Part shown: piece by piece, positions 1-11,800 of the stretch
Layout: every line of letters begins with the position of its first letter
Numbering within the stretch: the first letter of the stretch is position 1
Assembly: GCA_030390025.1 (NCBI GenBank)
Contig: CM059437.1
Location: 53,196,001-53,260,000, forward strand
DNA from: Squalus acanthias
Taxonomy: Eukaryota
Direction: 5' to 3'
Length of the DNA: 64,000 nucleotides
The notes under the pieces: model-generated
What the model was told of the DNA's origin: nothing
Database searches by the model: none
The model's input: only the letters and a program-made list of their open reading frames with translations
Translations under genes and position numbers: made by a program

Positions 1-941
1 TCCTCCTGATCAGGAGACGGTGATGGTTCCTCAGTCTTCTTTGTTGTTCCCTGGCGTTTCCAATTCTCTGATACCCAATAGCACCGAGGATCAGGGCAAC
101 ATCGTCAAAGGGCATGTTTCTCCCTCACAGGCTTCATCTTTAAACAGATGAAGTACTTGTAAGGAAAAATTGGAAAGAGTTGTAAAAGTAATTTTAATAA
201 AGTGAGTGGCTGGAAAATCACGTCGGGCTATGGTGGGAAACGTGCGGTATCGGATTGGGAACACGTCATACCCGCCTAATGAATATCACGGCCCGAGATG
301 ATTTTCTAAGAGCTTAAACATTTTCACAAAGTCATACATGCAATTTTTAAAGGGCATGGAAAAGTTAACATGTAATTAATTGATAGTTTCTGGCATAATT
401 TTTTAAAACTTTAGTAAATGTTAAATAATTCATTTTTAAACAGACATTTTCACATTTAAGAAAATGAAATCTAATTCAATAGACCTTGCACACAGCAAGA
501 GTTGCTCTTTATAAGTACAATACTCAAAACAAGATTCAAAACCGTTTTTAACAAATTAAAGTTGATAAAAACTTACCTCAGGCTTTGTACAAAGAACTTT
601 GCTCACTTTCACAATTAAAAATGTTCCATTTCCAAGCCCACTGCTGAAAGAGTTCTTCTTCCTGCAGCTTCTTCAGGTAGAATGCAAGCTGTACGTCTGC
701 TTTTACTAGGCGCAGCTGTTTCGGACGTACCTGCACTGAAGCATTTGAGAAAAAATGGAACTTTTATCCAGTAGCGCTGCCTATACTGCGCATGCGTTTG
801 ATCTCTCAATCCCTTTCTTGACAGAACGGAAATGACGGTGTCCAGCGCATGCGCTGTGCATGCCTGAAACCGGCATTTCCGATGTCGCTGCGGGTGAGTA
901 CACAGTGAGCACCCACCCGTAGGGATCGGAATTTCCGGGCC
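1..941 (-). mobile_element. PIF/Harbinger-type transposon, right end with transposase start (ATG at 115); cut by window edge
   Basis: Paralogue of 39529-40470; terminal GGAATTTCCGGGCC followed by AAT. Confidence 0.88.
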
Positions 942-1768
942 AATAAGAATGAAGCCGGACGGTCCACCCGGCATTGACCTCGGCACCGGCTATGAACACT
1001 GCAATGGCACACCCAGCCCAGTCAACCCTGCAAAGTAACAGCACTGTGAGAGTACCTTCACCACACAGATTGCAGCGGTTCAAGAAGGCAGCTCACCACC
1101 ACCTTCTCAAGGGCAACTAGTGATGGGCAATAAATGCTGGCCTTGCCAGCGACGCCCAGATCCCATAATCGAATTTTTAAAAAAGGGAGGAAGCAGAAGG
1201 AGAAGGACGGATGCAACCGAGACAGCCCCTTTCTGGCCAGGATATCTGAAGATCGAATTAACTGCCTGCGGTACAAGTGACCACAACCCCAATTCCCCTT
1301 TCAACATTAGCGACACACCTTACCTTCCCTCTGGTACAGACCATCACAGCGTCCTCTTGGTCACAATGCTGCAATAAAAGCCACCACAAAGCAATCTTTT
1401 CAATTCAACTTTATACATCTATTCATCCAATATGACAGCAAGAAATCAACTCATCACCTATATGCATTCTCTTTTTGACTGTCTATTTGACTGCCTTTGC
1501 CTATCCTACTGATGTCACGCAGTGCTACCCCAGTGGCTGCAGCATGACTGGTGGAAGGCTGCTGAATTTCAATGGGGGGACATTGCAAATGTCCTTGCTG
1601 GTCGACCTTGAGGAGCTGGTGGCTGGGTGTGTCACTTTGAGTGTTGCAGTTTCTTCTTCCTCTTCTTCTTGTTCTTCTTCACTATCCTTTCCCTCTTAAT
1701 GGCCAACCATTGGCTGTCAGGCTGGATTTCTTGGGGGTGTGAAATGAGGAAGGCACAAGGGTGGAGTT

Positions 1769-3038
1769 GTGGTGAGGGGAGGGCGGGAAAGCAAGGGGTG
1801 CATGCCAGAAGTAGGTAACATACTTCTGTCATATCATAATCTTGTATCCTTTCCGCAGTTGCTTGACCTGTTCACACATGCAACAGCTCCCCTGCAGAAG
1901 GCACTATGCTGGACCAGGTGTCCGATGCAGGAAGATATCAATAAATTGGTCAGGTGGGCAGAACAGTGGCAAATGTAATTCAATCCGGAAAATTGTGAGG
2001 TAATGCATTTGGGGAGGGCTAACAAGGAAAGCGAATACACGCTAAATGGTAGGATACTGAGTAGTGTAGAGGAACAAAGGGACCTTGGAGTGCATGTCCA
2101 CAGATCCCTGAAGGTAGCAGGCCAGGTAGATAAGGTGGTTAAGAAGGCATACGGAATGCTTGCCTTTATTAGCCGTGGCATAGCATACAAGAGCAGGGGG
2201 GTATGCTTCAACTGTATGAAACACTAGTTAGGCCTCAGCTAGAGTACTGCGTGCAGTTCTGGTCACCACATTACAGGGAAGATGTGATTGCACTAGAGAG
2301 GGTAGAGAGCAGATTTACAAGGATGTTACCAGGAGTAGAGAATATTAGCTATGAGGAAAGACTGGATAGGCTGGGTCTGTTTTCCTTGGAACAGAGCAGG
2401 CTGAGGGGAGACCTTATTGAGGTGTATAAAATTATGAGGGGCTAGAAAGGACCTATTTCCCTTAGCAGAGGGGTCAAAATCCAAGGGGGCACAGATTTAA
2501 AGTAATTGGTGGAAGGTTTAGAGGGGATTTGAGGGGAAATTTCTTCACCCAGAGTGTTGTCGGGGTCTGGAACTCACTGCCTGAAAGGGTGGTACAGGCA
2601 GGAACCCTAATCACATTTAATAAGTACTTGGATGTGCACTTAGGATGCTCTAACCTTCAGGGCTGCGGACCAAAAGCTGGGAAGTGGGATTATGCTGGAT
2701 AGCTCTTTGTTGGCCGGCGCAGACACGAGGGGCCGAATTGGCCTCCTTCCGTGCTGTACCTTTCTATGATTCTATGATTCTATGAACAATTTGCCACGCA
2801 AAAGCCCGCAAAAGGTCTGTGGGCATCTGTTGTGGTGAGGGGAGGGCGGGAAAGCAAGGGGTGCATTCCAGAAGTAGAATAACATACTTCTGGCATGCCA
2901 GCATCTTGTATCCTTCTCGCTGTTGCTTAACCTGCTCACACACGCAATAGTTCCCCTGCAGAAGGCACTGTGCTGGACCAGACGCCCGATGACAACAATT
3001 TCCCACTCAAAAACCCGCAAAAAGTCTGTGGGCATCTG
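1769..3038 (+). repeat. ~205-bp tandem unit (1769-1927, 2786-2993, partial 2994-3038) split by the CR1, ending near a TIR-like CAAAATCTGGGCC|ATT (~3094)
   Basis: GTGGTGAGGGGAGGGCGGGAAAGCAAGGGGTGCAT...CCGATG occurs on both sides of the CR1; also in copy B. Confidence 0.7.
1927..2785 (+). mobile_element. CR1 3' fragment (paralogue about 41454-42325)
   Basis: RT C-terminal [15 protein letters not shown]; (ATTCTATG)n tail. Confidence 0.9.
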
Positions 3039-3689
3039 AAAGAATGATGAAAGGCGAGTGTTGTTCCTTCGTCATTAACTTCAAAATCTGGGCCATTAAT
3101 CATTCATTACATTAAAGAACCTTGAGGCTGCTTTTGGGCCAGCATGTCAATCAATCTCAATGTCTCCAGACAAGCGGCCATCTGACAACTTCCACAATAG
3201 GCAAAAACAGCCAACTAACGGTTTTCCCATGCAATGAACACATAAACATAGATAACCAATGGAGATAGTGTACCTTCCCACTTGAGTTTACCAAGGAGAG
3301 TTCAAGAACTGCTGATAATAACAACTTTGAATCAAAAGACCTATTCTACAGAAAAGCCTAAATTAAGTTATTTTCTTATACCACTTCCTTCGCTCCACCA
3401 CTGGCGTACGTGCCTTCAGCCATACAGGCCCTATGTTCTGTAATTCCATCGCCCAGCTCCCCCCAAAACCTCTTTGCATCTATAACTCACTCTCCTCCTT
3501 GAAGACCCTGCTTAAAACCTACCTCTTTGATCAAATGTTTGGTCGCCTGTCCTAAAGCATCCTTTTCTGGCTTGCTGTCAATGTTTGACTGATTGCCCTC
3601 TCGTGGCGTGTATTTGGACATTTTACAACATTAAAGGAGCTTAATAAATGCAAATTGTTCTTGTTATCTTGTGCTATGTTATGTTATAT

Positions 3690-6600
3690 CTTGTTTCTAG
3701 CCTTTTGTGGCAAATGACTGTATCTACAGCATGAGGGCGTTTGTGGAGAGCAGCATTAGCCCAGGCAACCACATCTACAGTAAGTGTCTGCAACTCGAGG
3801 AACATCACTTCAGAGTTGTTGAGCTGGAGTCCCAGGTGCAGACATTCGGATGCATCAGGGAGGGGAGGAAGATACCTGAACATTTTGACCCAGGAGGCAG
3901 TCACACCTCTTAGGTTCGGTAGTGATTTAGATTTGGTTAGTGGTCAACAGAAGGATGTGACTGCGAATCAGGCAGGAAATGGGACCTCAGATGCAGTGGG
4001 GGAGGACTCTCAGCCTTTGCACTTGTCCAACAGGTACGACGTACTTGCTACTGGTGTGGATGAGAACAAAGACTGCAGGGAAATTGGCCAATTGACCACA
4101 GCACAGTGGTACAGGAGGCCATTCAATTAGGGGGAGCGAAAAGGAACGTGGCCGTCGATACTATATTCAGGGGGACAGATACTGTTCGCTGCAGCCATGA
4201 CTGGGAGTCTCGAAGGCTATGTTGCCTGTCTGGTGTCAGGGTTCATGTCAACTCCTCGCAGCTGGAGAACAGCTTGGAGCAGGAGGGGGAGGATCCTGTT
4301 GTTGTGGTCCAAGTAGGAACCAACGACACAGCTAGAACTAGGAATGACTTTCAACTGAGGGAGTTTGAGGAGCAAAACCTCTAAGGTACTAAGTAATCTC
4401 CTGATTACTGCCAGAGCAAATTCGCATAGGGAGAAACAGAAGAGAGGTTTAATGCGTGGCTGAAAGATGGTGTGGGTGACAGAGGGTTCAATTCATGGGG
4501 GAGTGGCAACAGTACTATGGAAAGAGGGAGTGGTTCCGTTGGAACTGACTGCACTTAAACTGGGCTGGGAACAGTGTCCTGACAAATCGAATAACTGGGG
4601 TGGTAGATAGGGCTTTAAACGAATAAGGGGGATGGGGAGGCGTTCAGGTAAGGATAAATTTATAAATCTAAACAGAAAAGTCAAGGCTGTAGAGTAGAGT
4701 AGCGATTTGGGTAAAATCAAGCAGAGTGTGTCAGGAAGGGACAGAGAGTTTAACAACGGCAATAGGGCATTAGCGACTGAGGCCACATCAGGGAAAAATA
4801 GTAAAAAGTTAAAATTAAAGGTGCTATATCTGAATGCACGAAGCATTCATAACAAGATAGATGAATTAATGGCACATATAGAGTTAAATTGGTTTGATCT
4901 AATAGCCATTATTGAGACGTGGTTCCAGGGTGACCAATGCTGGGAACTAAATATTCCAGCGTATTTGAATTTTAGAATAGATAGGCAAAATGGAAAAGCA
5001 GACGGATAGCAATGATAATAAATGAAGAGATAAAAACAGTAGTGAGAAAGAATCTTAACGCAGAAAATCAGGATGTAAATCCACTATGTGTGGAGCTAAG
5101 AAATAACAAAGGGCAGAAAACACTGGTGGGACTAGATTATAGACCCCATCAGATTAGTTATTGTGTTGGACAGCGTAGGTCCCTTAGGGGCACAGACAGA
5201 ATAAATTACAATGGGGAATAAGGAAATAGCAGAGACATTCAACAAATATTTTGTATCTGTCTCACGGTGTAAGACACAAAAACATAATGGAAATTGTGGA
5301 GAACCAAAGTAATGATGAGAGTGAGGAACTTCAAGTAATTAATATTTGTGAAGATAAAGTACTGGAGTAATTAATGGAATTAAAAGCCGACAAGTCTCCT
5401 GATGGCCTTCATCATTGGATTTCAAAAGAGGTGGCAGCAGAGATGTTGCATGCCTGGTTTTGTTCTTCCAGAATTCCCTAGATTCTTGACCAGTCCCCGT
5501 GGATTGGAAGTTAGGAAATATAACCCCACTGTTCAAGAAAGGAGGGAGAGAGAAAACAGGGAACTATAGGCCAGTTCGCCTGACATCAGTAGTAGGGAAA
5601 ATGCTAGAATCTATTATAAGGGACGGGGTAACAGGGCACTTAGCAAATCATAATATGATTAGGCAGAGTCAACACTATTTAATGAAAGGGAAATCGTGTT
5701 TGACAAACCAATCAGAGTTTTTTGAGGGTGAAACCGACAGGGCAGATAAGGGGGAACCAGTGTTTGTAGTATATTTGGATTTTGAGACGGCATTTGATAA
5801 GGTGCCACACAAGAGGTTGTTACACAAGATTATAGCTCATGGGATTAGGAGTAATATATTAGCATAGATTGCGGATTGGTTAGTGGGGAGAAAAAAAAGA
5901 GTGGGAATAATTTTGGGGTTGGCAGGTTGTAACCAGTTGTGTGCCGCAAGGATCAGTGCTTGGATCTCAGCTATTTACAATCTATATCAATGACTTAGGT
6001 GAGGGGGCCGAGTGTAATGTGTCAAAGTTTGCTGATGACGTAAAGCTTGGCGGGAAAATAAGGTGGAAGGGGGCTGCAAATAGGCTACAAAGGGATATAA
6101 ACCAGTTAAGTAATTGGGCAAGAAGGTGGCAGATAAAGTATAATGAGGGGAAATGTGAAATTATCCACTTTGGTAAGAATAGAAAAGTAGAATATATTTT
6201 AAAAGTTGAGAGACTAGTCAATGTTGGTATTCAGAAGGATTTGTGTGATCTTGTACACGAATCACAGAAAGTTAACATGCAGGTGCAGCAAACAATTAGG
6301 AAGGCAAATGGCATGATAGCCTTTATTGCAAGGGGTTGGAGTATAAGAGTAAGGAAGTCATGCTGCAATTATATAGGTCTTTGGTGAGACCGCACCTGGA
6401 GTACTGTGTACACTTTTTTCCATTTACCTAAGGAATTATATACTTCACTTAGAGGGGTTGCGCCGAAGGTTCACTGGGTTGATTTCTGGGATGAGAGGGC
6501 TGTCCAATGAGGAGAGATTGAGTAGAATATATTCTCTGGAGTTTAGAAGAATGAGAGGTGATCTCATTGAAAATATATAATTCTTAAAGGGCTTGACAGG

Positions 6601-6947
6601 GTAGATGCTGAGAGGCTCTTTCCCCTGCCTGGAGAGTGTCGAACTTGTGGTCATATTCTCAGCGTATGGGGTCGGCCATTTAGGACTAAGATGAGGAGAA
6701 ATTTCTTCACTCAGAGGGTTGTGAATCTTTGGAATTCTCTATCCCCAGAGGGCTGTGAATGCTCAGTCGTTGAGTATATTCAAGACTGAGATCAATAGAT
6801 TTTTGTGCACTGATGCATTCAAGGGATATTGGGATAGGGCGGCAAAGTGGAGTGAACTAGAAGATCATCCATGATCTTATTGATTGGCGGAGCAGGCTGG
6901 AGCGGCTGTATGGCCTACTCGTGCTCTTCTTTCTTATGTTCTTATGT
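3690..6947 (+). mobile_element. Long decayed CR1 (ORF1 esterase-like, APE, RT)
   Basis: [37 protein letters not shown]; TTCTTATG tail; internal deletions. Confidence 0.9.
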
Positions 6948-8282
6948 ATATTAGATGGCTTTCCCAAGATGATGGAAGACATGGAGCCGGGAATTAACGA
7001 GTATTAAGGGACGCTCTGTGTTCCCCCAAATCTGGACACTTGTGCATCGCCCACTTCATTCACTCCACCATTGACGGTCCCGTTTTGAGCCGTATAGACT
7101 CTAAGCTTTGAATTTCCCTGCCTATATGTCTCCACCTCTCCACGCCTTTCTCCTGCCTTAAAACAGAGCCTCGCGCACAGTGGGGAAGCCTATCGAACAT
7201 CGCGGGAAAGGCACAGCGATTTTCTGATATGACACCCGTTATCTGGTAGACACCATTGATGGTGACGACTAACGAGCCCGATATTTAATACAGAACTGCC
7301 TGCCGTTTGGGTAGAAGGCTTGAAGCTACACAGTGAAGAAAAGTCCCACAGTATGCCAATCTGAAAGGTGAAATGGAATACGGATATGAGGAATGTCAGG
7401 TGCTGTCGTTGAAAATACGATGATGTATTTTTTTCCACGCCTTGCTTACACTTTTCCTTCAGTAGTTTGGAGTCATGGTTAAGAATGCAGGGCGTGCTGT
7501 ATAAATGAGAAGCTGTATTGTTTTGGGCATCAATGTAACATAGGAGTTAAGGCAGGCAACCTCACGTCATAACAAGGGACCCACTTCTGGGACAAGTGGT
7601 CTACTGCTGGTGATTTCGGCGAGGGAGAGTTGAGCACGTGAGTTGCTGGAGTTACTACCATGTGAGAACTGACAGTAATTTCGATACAATTTATACACAG
7701 ATGGGCAGTCAGCTGACATTTCTATAAATGTAAGTTACTTCTTGCTTTCCTTGAAGACTTCAACCACCACTGAAATATTTCAACTTTCTGCTTTTTGAGC
7801 TAATCCCAACATTAAATTAAATTACACAAATATTTCCAACTCAATCTGGCAGTTAGATTGTGATTAATAGTATTTTTAACACCAGATCATCAAATATGAA
7901 TGTTGACATATACTCCAATTGTACTCTCACTGTCTATACATTTATGTCTAGATTTTCTAAATGCTGTTTTAATCCATGTTGGAATTAACTCAAAAGTGTT
8001 AAATGCAAACTCAGTGTGAAGTAAAAAAAAAAATTGACGTTTCATGTGTGAAGAAGGTGAGGATTAAATTATTTCGATGTTCGATTTCTGCTTGTGCTAG
8101 TTATTTACCGAAATGTAATAACGATTATACATCAAGTCAAATTGGATGCAAAAGATGGGGTCATGAACGCAATGCATTTACAAAGCTATTATTGTTATCA
8201 ATGGCTTTCAGTGCTAAATTGAATCGCTTATCCCCAACACTCACTCACAAAACACACCGCAGCTAACACATGTATATAATTC

Positions 8283-8288
8283 TTTATT
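8283..8288 (-). terminator. PolyA signal AATAAA of IgL cluster 1
   Basis: About 190 nt after the stop, followed by a GT-rich tract; conserved in cluster 2. Confidence 0.75.
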
Positions 8289-8473
8289 AAACAAATGTTT
8301 CTACGTCACAATTGCAAGGTTAAAGGTTTCTGCCACAATGTGAATAGAATTAAATCACTATTATAGGACAGGAGCATGAAAATAGAAAGAAATGCATTGT
8401 CAATAACTAAACCCCGTCTTCGAGCATGAACGCTGTGAATAACAGTTTGCACCGAGTGGGCGGGTTTTCTCTT

Positions 8474-8802
8474 TCATTCGCAGCCTGATCTCTTGATGCT
8501 TTGCTTGAGTTGAGACCCGAGAGACTCATGTGTAACCCCGCAGGTGTACAATTCGTGTGAGTTCCACTCGGTGGCGGACAGGGTCAGATAACTGCTCACA
8601 CTGTACGTCTGGTCGGTGTCCCGTACGGTCCGAGTTGTCTGGACACCAGTGTTAGTGATCTGGCCGTCTACGCTCCATGAAATTTCCACTGACCCCGGAA
8701 AAAAGTTATTCACCAAACACACCAGGGTCGCCGCCTTTGCTGCAGAGATCTGATCGGACGCTGGCGGGAGAAGCGACACCGAAGGGCTGGACGACTCTCT
8801 GG
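8474..8802 (-). CDS. IgL cluster 1 constant exon
   Basis: [13 protein letters not shown]...W...YSVSSYLTL...YTCGVTHE...SGCE*; acceptor ttcattacag. Confidence 0.96.
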
Positions 8803-11800
8803 CTGTAATGAAAAGGATTGTGTTTATTAAAGAACGATACTGCAATCGTGTAATATATACTACACATGTACAACATCAACAACACCTTTATTTATATAGC
8901 GCGTTTAACGTAGTAAAACGTCCCAAAGCGCTTCACAGGAGCCTTATAAGACAAAAAATTGACACCAAGCCACAAAAGAAGAAATTAGGGCAGATGACCA
9001 AAAGCGTGGTCCAAGATGTAGGTTTTAAGGAGGGCAGCCAGGGGTGCGTTGGAACAGTCAAGTCTAGAGTTAACAAAGGCATGGATGAGGGTTTCAGCAG
9101 CAGATGAGCTGAGGCTGGTGCAGAGACGGGCGATGTTACGGAGGTGGAAATAGGCCGTCTTAGTTATGCTGTGGCTATGTGGTCGGTAGCTCATTTCAGG
9201 GTCAAATATGGCACCAATGCTGTGATCAGTCTGCTTCAGCCTCAGACAGATGCTCGGGAGAGGGATGGAGTCAATGCCTAGGGAACGGAGATTGTGGCGA
9301 GGACTGAAGACAATGGCTTCGGTCATTCAAATATTTAATTGGAAAAAATGTCTGCTCATCCTGTACTGGATATCGGACAACCGTTGCAGATGATTTTCTG
9401 GTTATGATTAGATAGACCAGGCAAGTGCAGTCCCACCCAGCTGTACGATGGTGGAGAGGCGTTGGAGGAGGATGGAGTGTTCAACCGTGTCAAAGGCTAC
9501 AGCCAGGTGGAGAAGGACGAGGAGGGAACAGTTACCTTTGTCACAGTCACAAAGGATGTCATTTGTGACTTTGATGAGAGCCATTTCAGTATTTTGGCAG
9601 GGGCAGAAATTGTATTGGGGGGATTCAAACATGGAGTTCTGGGAAAGATGGGCACGGAATTGAGAGGCGACAACAGGTTCAAGGACTTTGGAGAAGAAAG
9701 GGAGGTTGGAGATGGGGCAGTTGTTTGCAAGGACGGAGGGGTTAAGGATAGTTTTTTCAGGAGTAAAGAAACTCCTTGCTCAGTGGTTGCACTCTCGGTC
9801 TCTGAGTCAGAAGGTTGTGGGCTCAAGCCCCACGCCAAAGACTTGAGCAGAAAATGTAGGCTGACACTCCAGTGCAGTAATGAGGGAGTGCTGCACTGGC
9901 CGAGGTGCAGTCTTTAAGATGAGACGTAAAATTGTCGTTAGGCAGCCATCTCAGGTGACTGTAAAAGATCCCATGGCATTTGTTGAAAAAGAGCAGGGGA
10001 GTTCTCTCTCATGTCCTAGCCAATATTATCCCTCAACCAACATCAGTAAAACAGATTATCTGGTCATTATCACATTGCAAATTGTGGGACCTTGCTGTGC
10101 CCAAATCTGCTGCAACAATTCCAAATTATAACAGTGACTACAATGCAAAAGTACTTCATTTGCCGTAAAGCATTTCCCTGAGGTCGTGAAAGGCGCTATA
10201 TAAATGCAAGTTCTTTATTTCATTTTCTTCCTAAATCACAGCAATGTAATCTAAAACTAAACACATCGTTTGACTCGAATGGCCAGACCCTTTACCGTCA
10301 ATTTGACGTCTTTCTATGGAACAAACCGAAAATCTCTATTCCCAGTATCAAACTGGGTAAAACCACTCTTTCAAAAGGGATTTACTATTTAATTACATTT
10401 AGTACACCGAGGAAATGTTCTCACATCGGGAGCAAAGTAACGTTTAATTTCTGAAGAATAATAATCTTTAAATATTGACTAATATGTGGTTGTAAAATAA
10501 CTCGAGGATGGTGTTCACATACCGTGCAGTAAAATGCTTGCTACCTTGAAGAATAACACATTAACAATATGTAAATCTGGAAAAATAGCCTTTACGCCGT
10601 TTCTGCCAATGGTCCCTCAAGAAATTCGGGGGGAAATTCAGTTTAAATCCTATCCCTTTGTGTTTTCCATGCTAAGATTTGCATACAGACCTGTAACTTT
10701 TGGTTGAAATCAAAATTATTTTGTGACACCGAAGCCAAAGGCAGAAAACAGATGTTTCCAATAGTATTCTACTTAATAGCTTTACGGTATGAATGGGCGT
10801 CAATCCAGCCTCTCCGTATCAGGTATTGCATGTACCTGTGCATTCTTGCACTCAAATTATATATAAATTCGCAACCGTAAAATCTCAGCAGACAATTGTA
10901 TATCGAAATATCAACTAGTAAAAAAACAACGGAAAGTTGCCGACTTCAGATTAACGTATAGAAGAGTTTTCTCTCTGAGCTCTAGATGTAATGAAATCAC
11001 AACCCTCTGTTTACAAAAGAAATTCATTACACATAGCGAACCTTTCACGGTGAGAAATAGTACCTGTTATCGAAAGTATGTCTTGAGCTCGGTGTTATTT
11101 TGGGATATTGGACAAGCTCCTGGTGATTATTACCCTCCTCATACGAAATTAACATCTGTTAAAATTTCTCAGTGCACCAGAAATTAAGGGAGGCACCGAT
11201 ATGCTTTCTCTCTCTCGCACTCTATCTATCTACCCCTCTTTATTTCTCTTTGTCTTTATCTCTGTCTCTATTTATTTATCCAGCTATCTCTCCGGCTGTC
11301 TCTTTGACTCGCTCTGTTTTTGCATATTTGCTGTTAGTGCGACACTTTAAATGATGTTTTTAAACACCGATTTTTACAATCTATGAAGTGCTTCTATTGT
11401 TCACTATCTCGGCTCCAAGGGTGAAACTAATCATACAATAAATGTCATTGTTTCCTTTATGGTTTGAAAATGTGATTGTTTTATGTCCCTAATAAACCAA
11501 TCACCCGTTTCAACCTTGGTTGTAACCTACAGCACCAATTGTTTCATCTAACTCATATTATATTAATAATCCAAATGAGAATGCATTTGACTATTTGTTG
11601 CATAAAAGAAAAAAAGAAAATTTCCATTGAACAGAATGAATCTAGTAAAAGTTACTTACTCAGAACAGTCAGCTTGGTGCCTCCACCGAAGCCGTTGATA
11701 GACCAACCACAATAATAATCGGCGTCGTCCTCGGGTTGAACACCGCTGATGGTTAAATATGCGGCGTTGGTTGACGATTGACTCCTTCCAGAGAATCGAT

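Noticed and set aside
1776-1800. G-quadruplex-like GGGGAGGGCGGG...GGGG in four copies; possible switch-like region
   Set aside because: Copies are explained by a small tandem unit plus the segmental duplication; no switch-type array, and light chains do not class switch.
3648-3655. Additional octamers at 3648, ~43180 and ~63837
   Set aside because: They lie in an L2 tail or unrelated sequence, far from any Ig exon.
901-7340. CACAGTG heptamers (901, 4102, 7176, 7330) as recombination signal sequences
   Set aside because: No ACAAAAACC-like nonamer at 12 or 23 nt and none is adjacent to a V or J segment.
11205-11320. CT-rich tract in the J-C intron
   Set aside because: Degenerate microsatellite, poorly conserved in cluster 2.
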